Assembly: GCA_965237675.1 (NCBI GenBank)
Contig: OZ250150.1
Location: forward strand, 736,001 to 800,000
Length of the DNA stretch: 64,000 nucleotides
Origin: Candidatus Latescibacterota bacterium
Lineage (GTDB): Bacteria > Latescibacterota > UBA2968 > GCA-2709665
Direction: 5' to 3'
Made by a program: the position numbers and the translations under genes. Shown here one piece after another: positions 56,255 through 64,000 of this stretch. Within the stretch, counting starts at the first letter, position 1. Each line of letters opens with the position of its first letter. The notes beneath the pieces were generated by a model. It ran no database searches and was not told the DNA's origin. It worked only from the letters and a program-made list of their open reading frames with translations.

Positions 56255-56920
56255 ATGGCTGTAGAGGTAGGACAGTTGGCGCCCAACTTCGGGGTCTCAA
56301 GCTGGGTGCAGGGCGCCCCGACCAACTTCGACCGGGAGAGGGATCACATCGTGGTGCTGGAAGTCTTCCAGGTCAATTGTCCCGGATGCTTCATGTATGC
56401 CATTCCTGATGCGATACGCGTGTACAACAGGTCCAAGGACGACGGGGTGCGCGTCCTTGGACTGGCCACCGCCTTTGAGGACTTTGACAAAAACACGCTT
56501 GACAACCTCAGGCTCCTGGCTGAAACCGGTCAGGTGATAGGGGAGACCAGGAGTGCCCTTGCCATGAGCGGGCAGTTGCACGAGGGTGACAGGCTGTCCT
56601 ACAGGATCCCGTTTCCGCTCGGGATGGACCACCTTACGAGGATGCCCGGCGAACCCGGCCACGAAGCGATTATGGACGTGATATACCCCCAGATACCCAA
56701 CTTCGACTCGCAGCCTGAGAACTACAGGGTGCAGATCATACAGAGGGTGAAGGACTATCTGAGGGCAAAGGAATATTCGGCCGAGACGTTTGAGAAGTTT
56801 GACCTGCGCGGAACGCCGTCCACCATACTCGTCGACCGCAAGGGAGTCCTCAGGGACGTCTCTTTTGGCCGGACGGACCGCCTTGGGGAGATGATCCAGG
56901 GGATCCTCAGCGAAGACTGA
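56255..56920 (+). CDS. TlpA/AhpC-like thioredoxin-fold redoxin with archaeal-like codon usage
   Basis: APNF.VSSWVQG, FQVNCPGC (CxxC), ATAFEDFD, GTPSTILVDRKG. Start at ATG 56255. Confidence 0.9.
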   Translation: MAVEVGQLAPNFGVSSWVQGAPTNFDRERDHIVVLEVFQVNCPGCFMYAIPDAIRVYNRSKDDGVRVLGLATAFEDFDKNTLDNLRLLAETGQVIGETRSALAMSGQLHEGDRLSYRIPFPLGMDHLTRMPGEPGHEAIMDVIYPQIPNFDSQPENYRVQIIQRVKDYLRAKEYSAETFEKFDLRGTPSTILVDRKGVLRDVSFGRTDRLGEMIQGILSED

Positions 56921-56965
56921 GTCCGCGAGAGCGCATCTCAATCGCGGCTGATTGGATGTCGCTTT

Positions 56966-57886
56966 TCATACCTCGACGGGTCGTGTAATATCCACGCCGG
57001 GCAGTATGCAGCGCAAGAGGGATCTTAACTGACCTGAGGTGGACGGATCGATGTTGGCGCCGGGGTGGCGGACGTAGCTGCTTCTGATCAGCCCGCGCAG
57101 CCGGAAAATCTCCTTACGGATCGCCACGCCGGGTTGCTGTTCAAAGACGATGAGTGGCAGGTAGCGGCGATAAATGTCGTGCACGGCGTCGAAGTCGCTG
57201 CTCCGTGCAGCCCGGACCATGGCAATCAGAACTTCAGGGAAGGCGAAGCCGGTCATGAAACCGTGGGCGCCGCGGGCCAGGTCATATGCGGCGTAGAGGG
57301 CGCCAAGCCCGGTGAGTACGGTTACTGAACGGTCCCCGATGCCATTCAGGATGGCGGTAATTCTGGGCGGGGTGGGTGTTGCCTCTTCCTTGATGCATGC
57401 CACACGCGGTATCTCGCGGATCAGACGGTGAATGAGGGAGACAGACATGTGGACCTGGGTGGAGGCGGGGTGGTCCTGCACGACGATGGGAATGGAGATT
57501 CCCTCGGAAACTTCGCTGAAGAATTCAAAGATGCGGTCTTCGTTGGGAACCGGTTCTCGCATCGGCGTGACCATCACGCCAGCCGCACCGAGAGATTCGG
57601 CCATCCGGCTGAGTTCCAGGGTAGCCTGGGTCCCGCTGTGGCTTGTGCCGACGATAACCGGGATGCTGCCGTCCAGGGCGTTCACGGCGGTCCCGATCAG
57701 CCGCTCCCGTTCGGCATCCAGCATCCGGTTGGATTCACCCAGTACGCCGATCATCGTGACGCCGTCGACGCCGATGTCGGCCATAAAGCGTACCGTCCGG
57801 TCGAAGGATTCCAGGTCGAGGTCGCCGCTGTCGTCAAACGGCGTAACGAGGATGGGAAAAACGCCTTCGAAGGTTACGGTCGCCAT
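56966..57886 (-). CDS. Dihydrodipicolinate synthase (DapA/NanA)-family aldolase
   Basis: GVFPILVTPF, GVLGE, VPIVVQD-like segment, CIKEE (Schiff-base Lys), GFMTG. Confidence 0.9.
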   Translation of the reverse strand: MATVTFEGVFPILVTPFDDSGDLDLESFDRTVRFMADIGVDGVTMIGVLGESNRMLDAERERLIGTAVNALDGSIPVIVGTSHSGTQATLELSRMAESLGAAGVMVTPMREPVPNEDRIFEFFSEVSEGISIPIVVQDHPASTQVHMSVSLIHRLIREIPRVACIKEEATPTPPRITAILNGIGDRSVTVLTGLGALYAAYDLARGAHGFMTGFAFPEVLIAMVRAARSSDFDAVHDIYRRYLPLIVFEQQPGVAIRKEIFRLRGLIRSSYVRHPGANIDPSTSGQLRSLLRCILPGVDITRPVEV

Positions 57887-58083
57887 ATTTGAATATGCTG
57901 CCTTTTGTCCGTCATCATGGTAGCAATTCGAAAAAACGGTGCGGTCCAAGGAGAAAACAGGGGTTCACACCGGGCTCCAGGGCACCGGTTTCGATCGTCC
58001 AACGGGGCTGACCGGTCTGATTCCGTAACGGTATGTCGGTGATATCGGATACCCGGGCCTGGGTGTTAATTTTCGACCCGCAT

Positions 58084-61000
58084 TCAAGCTTTCAATACGT
58101 GGAGGCCGCCATCCTCTGAACAAACAACGATTTCAGGGATGCCGTCCCCGTCGACGTCCGCGGGAACAATATCCAGGATGGGGCCGCCGGCTTGAAATCG
58201 GCCGACCTGGCGTCCATCCGCATTGGCGAGGAGGCGCACGGTACCGTCCTCGACGCCCGCCGCGACTTCGAGTTTTCCGTCGCCGTTGAAGTCGGCCGCC
58301 GCGATGCAGCGAACGACTTCGCCGAGGTCGGCGCGCCAGTGCAATGTCTTACCATCGCCCTTGACGACGTAGACGTTGAAACTCATGGACGATGCGACGA
58401 TTTCATCCAGGCCGTCGCCATCCATGTCGGCCATCAGGACCCGGGTGACTTCGTCGCCCGTGTTGAATTGCGAGATGAGAGCCCCGTCGGCGTTGAGAAG
58501 GTGGATGTGGGTGTCCGCGCCGGCGAAGGCGACTTCCTTCAGACCGTCGCCGTCGACGTCGGCGGCCGCGGCGCAATTGGCGCGAGGGCCCGTGGACGGA
58601 TGATAGGACCAGCGGATTTCGCCGGTCCCGTCGATGCAGTGCCAGCGGTGGTAGTCCGTCCCGGCGATAACCTCGTCCCGGCCGTCGCCATCCAGGTCGG
58701 CGGCGCAACCGGTGGACGAGGGGCGCACGGTCATCTGGCGCCAGAGTTCTTCCCCCTCGTGGGTGAAGGCGTGATAGCGCCACGATTCCACGGCGGCGAT
58801 GACCTCGAGGTTGCCGTCGCCGTTGATGTCGCCGGTGAAAACGGACCGCACGACGGGATCCTGGAAGTAAAAGGGGATTTTGACGTCCCATTTCAACTTC
58901 CCCCTCGCGTCGAGGACGTACACCCGGGTGTCTTCCGAACCGGCGATGATTTCTGGCCGCCCGTCGTTTTCCAGGTCAGCGGTCCACACGGAGCGGACAA
59001 CGCCGCCGGTGGGATAGTGCCACAGGGAGCTACCGTCTTTATATGCGTGAATCGAATGGGTGCGGCCGCCGGCAACGATTTCGTCCTTACCGTCGCCGTC
59101 CAGATCTGAGGCCCGTACAGACAGCAAAGCGCTGTCCTCCCTGCGAGACCAGAGCGCGGGAAGATCCGGAATGCGGCCCCTCCTGCGCGAGGTCCGGAAG
59201 CGTGGCGCGAAATGCGGTCCGCTCTTTTTGGCCGCGGCCCTGCGGAGTCTCGCCAGGACCGGGGAGTTCAGAGCGATGCGGTGTCTACCTCCCGGCGCAC
59301 GGAACGTGACGGCGCCGTTCGAACCATCGGCGGCGATCGGCTTGCCGTCCACTTCGACCTCCGCTCCGCTTCCCGCGGACAGAGTAATTGTTGTCGGAAC
59401 GGAGGTGACGAGAGTGCCCCGCGCCACTGACAGATCGTATTCGAGGGACACGGGATGGTCACTCTTGAACGTGGTATCTTCCCACGCAACTTCCGTTCCG
59501 TCCACAATAGCAATTGTGCACGGTGAGATCTGAAATTGGGCTGCCGCAACGGTGGGCCCGGAAGGTAGCGCCAGCGCTCTGCCGGACGTGCCGACGCCGG
59601 CAAAGAGGGTTTCCGATCCGCCATCGATGCGTACGGCATTCTCCGCGATCCGTGTCATTCTCAGCTTCTGCGGATTGCAATAAAGCAGGTTGAAATAGCG
59701 GTAGGGTTCCCCTTTTTTGAGATGCACGTCAACGATCTGCTGAAGTACGCGTACGACGGGTTCGGCGTGGGTGTAGTCGGCCCAGTTTTTCCCGGTAACG
59801 GGGTCATCCTCGAGCTTGAGCCTGGGACCGGGCAGACCATGGATAAAAAAGGTTTTGCCGCTTTGTTCGACGGCCAGGCCGCCGTTGCGACACTGCACCG
59901 AGCCCAGGGTCTGCCAGACGGCGCGGAAGCAATAGTCCGCTTCTTCAAGCGCTTCCATTTCGTCGACGACCAGGAAAAAGGCCCCCCGGTTCCACAGGAT
60001 ATTCCGGCGCCAGTCCACGCCGCTGTACGAACGAAGGGTAGTCTGAGAGAATCCGGTATTCACATTGGCGGAAAATCGTTCCAGTTCCGCAAAGGGCGGG
60101 ATTTCGGCGGATTGCCCGTTTTTGAGAACGAGGACACCGTTGTGGAACTTGGGCAGCGATTTGATGTAGTCGCAATCGGCCAGCCAGATGCGGTTATTCT
60201 GGGTCAGGCGGCAGATCGAGTTGCCGTCGTAATGTTTGTGGCCGCCGTTGGAGAGGCCGTCGAGAAAGAGATACTGGTTCTCAGGGTCGAAACCATCCCG
60301 GAAGACGACCTTGTCGAAGGTCTTGTTCAAAGGCAGATGGTCGCTGCCACTGTTGGATTCGTAATAGAGCGGATCCACCGGGTAGACCTGAGCGCCCTCC
60401 ATGTCCGTGGGTTCGACCGGATCGACGTCTCGGCTGTGTTCATATGGATGCGATTTGGGGGCCATGGCCCTTTTCTTGTCGAGCATCCACTGGTAACGGC
60501 CGTCGCCGGTCACGCAGACCATGGCTCGCAGGTAGGGCACTTCAGTCCACGTTCCGAACGGGGAGGCCGTGTCTCCGTTGGGCACGGCGCAGCCCAGGTT
60601 ATCCGTTGTAAGGATGGCGTAATCGCCGGCGCGCTGCGCATTGCCGGTATCGAAGAAAGTCATATCACCCGAACTGAGGGTGTAGCGCATCGCGTGGAAG
60701 TGCGTGCGCCACTGGTAGTGGCCGCAGTCCTCCAGGGGTTTGAAGGCGTTGACCTGCGCCCTGAAGCATTTCTCCGAGATGGCCAGCCACCGGTAGGCCT
60801 GCGTAGCTTTGTAATATTTCTTAAAATAGACCCCGGCATAGTGCAGGCCCAGGGCGGCGTACGTGGCGTGGTTGTGACGGACGTGCTCATTGTCGACGTT
60901 GCCGACGTGCGATACGCAGTCTGTGATGAACTCGAACAGGATGCGGGTAATCCGCAGGCGGTCTTCATCGGAGATGACAGGGCTCTCTTCCACGAGGTCC

Positions 61001-61770
61001 CATCCCGGCATGACGTACTGCAGCGCGAAGTCCGCGTCGAAACCCCACACGCTGCCATAGTTGTCCGGATCGGACCTGACATGGTCGTACATCCGGTAGA
61101 CCAGTCGCTTATAAATCTCCGCGTAGACGTTGTTTCCGGTGAGCCCGTAGTGCAGGCCGCGCTGGCCGATCCGGCCCCACAGCCCGGTATGACATCCCCG
61201 CTTGAGGTCATCGTCGGCTTCCGCCATCTCGGCGTCGGGATCCGGTTCGACGCGGATACCGGCAACATCCCGGGCATCCGCACCGCATCGAAGATCGAAT
61301 ACGGGACCCAGGGTGAGGGTAGACCCCGCCTTGAGGCGATCCAGCAGGATTCCTGTAGCGGTTTCGACACCGGACAGGTCGCTGCCGAAGACACCCACGG
61401 CATTCCTGCCGTTGCCCCAGGGATCATGAATTGTATGAAGAAGATGGCCGCCTTTACCGGGGTAGTGGTCGTCCGCCGGGGTGTAGCTGTAGCCGTAGAG
61501 CCGGAAGACCGCCCGGTTGGTGTTCACGTTGCCAAGCAGGATGAGGTTTCTTCGCGGAGTCTTTGAGACGGCGGCATGGTCCAGTATGGGAAGTTCGGCG
61601 CCGGAAAGGTCGTGGATTTTTGTCTGGACTGACTCGGCAAGGGCGGCGTACCGTTCATCCGACGGACGCACGATGGCGGCCATGGGTCGCCCGTCTTCCA
61701 CCAGGCTGGTGTCCGGGTACCGCGGCTTGGGCTTTTTGAGGCTTTTGAGAGATGGGTTCCGAGGTGGCAT
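58084..61770 (-). CDS. Large lyase-like protein with a C-terminal FG-GAP/VCBS repeat propeller
   Basis: HNHATY and GHKHYDGNSI..HNGVLV (heparinase/alginate-lyase-like). Repeated DLDGDGxxE motifs at the C-terminus. Start at ATG 61770 or GTG 61809. Confidence 0.8.
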   Translation of the reverse strand: MPPRNPSLKSLKKPKPRYPDTSLVEDGRPMAAIVRPSDERYAALAESVQTKIHDLSGAELPILDHAAVSKTPRRNLILLGNVNTNRAVFRLYGYSYTPADDHYPGKGGHLLHTIHDPWGNGRNAVGVFGSDLSGVETATGILLDRLKAGSTLTLGPVFDLRCGADARDVAGIRVEPDPDAEMAEADDDLKRGCHTGLWGRIGQRGLHYGLTGNNVYAEIYKRLVYRMYDHVRSDPDNYGSVWGFDADFALQYVMPGWDLVEESPVISDEDRLRITRILFEFITDCVSHVGNVDNEHVRHNHATYAALGLHYAGVYFKKYYKATQAYRWLAISEKCFRAQVNAFKPLEDCGHYQWRTHFHAMRYTLSSGDMTFFDTGNAQRAGDYAILTTDNLGCAVPNGDTASPFGTWTEVPYLRAMVCVTGDGRYQWMLDKKRAMAPKSHPYEHSRDVDPVEPTDMEGAQVYPVDPLYYESNSGSDHLPLNKTFDKVVFRDGFDPENQYLFLDGLSNGGHKHYDGNSICRLTQNNRIWLADCDYIKSLPKFHNGVLVLKNGQSAEIPPFAELERFSANVNTGFSQTTLRSYSGVDWRRNILWNRGAFFLVVDEMEALEEADYCFRAVWQTLGSVQCRNGGLAVEQSGKTFFIHGLPGPRLKLEDDPVTGKNWADYTHAEPVVRVLQQIVDVHLKKGEPYRYFNLLYCNPQKLRMTRIAENAVRIDGGSETLFAGVGTSGRALALPSGPTVAAAQFQISPCTIAIVDGTEVAWEDTTFKSDHPVSLEYDLSVARGTLVTSVPTTITLSAGSGAEVEVDGKPIAADGSNGAVTFRAPGGRHRIALNSPVLARLRRAAAKKSGPHFAPRFRTSRRRGRIPDLPALWSRREDSALLSVRASDLDGDGKDEIVAGGRTHSIHAYKDGSSLWHYPTGGVVRSVWTADLENDGRPEIIAGSEDTRVYVLDARGKLKWDVKIPFYFQDPVVRSVFTGDINGDGNLEVIAAVESWRYHAFTHEGEELWRQMTVRPSSTGCAADLDGDGRDEVIAGTDYHRWHCIDGTGEIRWSYHPSTGPRANCAAAADVDGDGLKEVAFAGADTHIHLLNADGALISQFNTGDEVTRVLMADMDGDGLDEIVASSMSFNVYVVKGDGKTLHWRADLGEVVRCIAAADFNGDGKLEVAAGVEDGTVRLLANADGRQVGRFQAGGPILDIVPADVDGDGIPEIVVCSEDGGLHVLKA

Positions 61771-61878
61771 GCCGGGCTCCTGAGAGAGAGTCGAATCGTG
61801 GGTCTGCACCCGTTAATGGAGTTCGGTCTACGTATCGGCCGGGACACCGTGCCGCCTCCGAAACGGGTAAGATCTTCC

Positions 61879-62661
61879 CTACTGTTTACCGATGAGTTTC
61901 TTCAGGTAGGCGATTTCATGTTCGGCGGTCTCGTAGGGCGGATGATGGCTGCCGTGTTCGATCGAAATATAGCCGTCGAAGCCCTTGGATTGGAGTCGAC
62001 GCAGGAATGCGGCGAAGTCCACGTCGCCGGAGTCCAGAAACGTGAGCCGCGGCCAGTTTCCCAACCAGTTGTGGGCGTGTAGATGGACAACGTGTTCACC
62101 GAGTTGCTCGGCGGTATGAAAGACGGATTCGCCGACGAGCGGGGTCTGGAGGTTGACGACGAGGTTGTCCATACCCACGTCATCGAGTAGTTTCAGAGTA
62201 CTCGGACTGGTGTCCGTTAGGTTGGGGCCGTGGTGGATGATCTGGTGGGTTTCCAATGGGAAGACGATATCGTGGACGGCGCCCATTTCACAGATTTTCT
62301 GCAAGCCCCTGACACAGGCGTCCCATTGCCGGGCTGCGGCGTCCGCACTCCCCACGTTGCCGGTGTAGGTGCGTATAAACGGACAGTTCAGTTCGACCGC
62401 ATAGCCGATGAAGGTTTCAGCATCCCGGATACTCTGGTCCCACGTCGCCCGGCTGGTGGTGAAGTCGAAGTAGGGGCAGATTTGCACGATCTGAAGGTTG
62501 TGTTCGGCCGCGGTTGAACGGACCCACCCCAGATCCGCGTGGCAGAGGTACTGTTGCCACAGTTCGATGCCGTCATAGCCCAGTCCGGCAAGGTAGGGGA
62601 TGGCTTTTTCCTGGTCGGCCTGCGTATTGCCGAAGGCGTTGGTGCAGAAAGCGGATTTCAT
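61879..62661 (-). CDS. Sugar phosphate isomerase/epimerase (xylose isomerase-like TIM barrel)
   Basis: GYDGIELW, LETH, HLHAHN, GDVDF, GFDGYISIEH. Confidence 0.9.
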   Translation of the reverse strand: MKSAFCTNAFGNTQADQEKAIPYLAGLGYDGIELWQQYLCHADLGWVRSTAAEHNLQIVQICPYFDFTTSRATWDQSIRDAETFIGYAVELNCPFIRTYTGNVGSADAAARQWDACVRGLQKICEMGAVHDIVFPLETHQIIHHGPNLTDTSPSTLKLLDDVGMDNLVVNLQTPLVGESVFHTAEQLGEHVVHLHAHNWLGNWPRLTFLDSGDVDFAAFLRRLQSKGFDGYISIEHGSHHPPYETAEHEIAYLKKLIGKQ

Positions 62662-62808
62662 CGGATCGAAAGGGCCGAAAATGCAGCCGCAGAGGTGTCT
62701 TGTTGGGTAATATCATACCATGGGTTCAGCAGGTCCGTAAAATAGAAGGAACCCTGGCAAAGTCAAACGCTAATTGGATGGAGTTCACCCGCCATATGGG
62801 AGGAGTTT

Positions 62809-64000
62809 ATGTCCGGACCCTTTGACTACGGGATCATCTACAACTGGGACGGGGCGCCACACGGCTATTCCGAAGTGCCGCAGTCGATGGACGCGTTCCT
62901 GGAGAAAACCTACGCACCCCTCGAGGAGACGCAGGTGGGGGCGTTGTTCTGGTGCATCGGCGAGCACGCTGCCCGTTGGCCGGACTCCGAGCTGGAACTC
63001 CTGGGAGACGTCCATGGGCGAAGGTACGAAAACGCCTCGGCCTATACCCACACTGAAAACATCCGCCGGATGCTCGAGCGGGGGGAGGATCCGCAGGCCT
63101 CGCTGATCGAACGCGGCCACGCCCTGGGCATGGATGTCTACGCATCCGTGCGCATGAACGATAATCACTTCGACGGGGCGCAGGTGGAAGACCTGCCCAC
63201 GCTCCACCACTCGGAGTTGACGCGGATGCGCCGGGAACACCCGGAGTGGGTGCTCGGCGATCGGACGTCGGAGTGGTTCGCGCTTTCGTGGAATATGGCT
63301 GTCCCGGAAGTCCGCGAGCACCGGTATACCCATATCGAGGAGATCGTTACGCGGTACGACTGGGACGGCGTGGAACTGGACTGGCAGCGCCATGCGTTTC
63401 ACCTTCCCGAGGACGAGGCCTACCGACTGCGGTACGTGCTTACTGATCTCCAGCGACGGGTCCGGCAACTCACAGACGACCTGGCGAAGCGGCGAGGCAG
63501 GCCGTACTATCTGGCGGCGCGCGTGGCCGGTTCACAGGAGATGTGCCGCCGCATCGGCTACGATATTCCGGTGTGGATCGAGGAGGGGCTGGTGGACATC
63601 CTGATTCTGGGAGGCGGCGCGGTAACCGACGCGTCTCCGGAGGTGGCCGAGTTTGTCGGTATGTGCCGGGACAGGGGGATCGCAGTCTATCCTGGATTTG
63701 ACAGCGGGTTGCCCGACCCGTTTGTGGGCCCCGAAACGCTTGACGCCAAGGATCGAATGCGCACGCGTGCTATAGCCGCCCGCTACCATCGCGCCGGCGC
63801 CAACGGCATCTATGTGTTCAACTGGCATGCCAACCGGGACTCCAGGCGGGAGTTGCTTTCGCAGATCGGCTCAGTCGAGACGCTTCGCCGCACCGACAAG
63901 ATCTACGCGGCCACACACAGGTTCATCCAGGAAAAGGGACCCTGGCGCGGCGCCTATCGCATCGACCGGATCCTGGGCGAGGTGCCGGTGGCCCTCAAGG
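62809..64000 (+). CDS. Glycosyl-hydrolase-like 10 (GHL10)-type protein, partial (runs off the window end)
   Basis: Absent from the ORF track. GGGAGGAG RBS then MSGPFDYGIIYNWDG...ASVRMNDNH...HPEW...PEVREHR...YDWDGVELDWQRH...W.EEGLVD...GANGIYVFNW, open to the window end. Confidence 0.8.
   Translation, partial: MSGPFDYGIIYNWDGAPHGYSEVPQSMDAFLEKTYAPLEETQVGALFWCIGEHAARWPDSELELLGDVHGRRYENASAYTHTENIRRMLERGEDPQASLIERGHALGMDVYASVRMNDNHFDGAQVEDLPTLHHSELTRMRREHPEWVLGDRTSEWFALSWNMAVPEVREHRYTHIEEIVTRYDWDGVELDWQRHAFHLPEDEAYRLRYVLTDLQRRVRQLTDDLAKRRGRPYYLAARVAGSQEMCRRIGYDIPVWIEEGLVDILILGGGAVTDASPEVAEFVGMCRDRGIAVYPGFDSGLPDPFVGPETLDAKDRMRTRAIAARYHRAGANGIYVFNWHANRDSRRELLSQIGSVETLRRTDKIYAATHRFIQEKGPWRGAYRIDRILGEVPVALK

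Noticed and set aside
59722-61566. Long antisense ORFs (e.g. 59722-61566, 24655-25824, 30087-31283, 44770-46062, 5616-6476)
   Set aside because: They lie opposite well-supported genes, lack motifs, and are the expected shadow frames of GC-rich codon usage.

Overview
GC-rich bacterial chromosome window. The gene content (Gfo/Idh/MocA oxidoreductases, heparinase II/III-like lyases, a ceramidase-like protein, TauD, a GHL10-like protein) resembles sponge-associated Latescibacterota/Poribacteria-type heterotrophs; this is inference only. Two lower-GC accessory regions interrupt the core metabolic genes. (i) About 1.2-17.7 kb holds an S41 peptidase fusion, a YtrA-type GntR/ABC operon whose permease is fused to LVIVD-like repeats, an orphaned N4/N6 DNA methyltransferase next to the stump of an MjaI-like endonuclease, several pseudogenes, a stand-alone CHAT protease and small orphan genes. 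(ii) About 34.5-43.4 kb looks like a defence island. There a PD-(D/E)xK (NucS/DUF91-like) nuclease gene is split by an intact 3,941-bp IS1595-family cargo transposon (perfect 24-bp TIRs, 8-bp TSD) carrying a RelE-type toxin-antitoxin pair, micro-peptides and antiparallel overlapping ORFs. It is followed by a tightly coupled three-gene operon (two unknown proteins plus a ComEC-like MBL hydrolase), which is the best candidate for an undescribed defence or toxin system. A thioredoxin-fold gene at 56.3 kb has archaeal-type codon usage (11/18 Arg = AGG, 6/13 Ile = ATA) and recalls Thaumarchaeota proteins, suggesting cross-domain transfer. No rRNA, tRNA or CRISPR array was seen.
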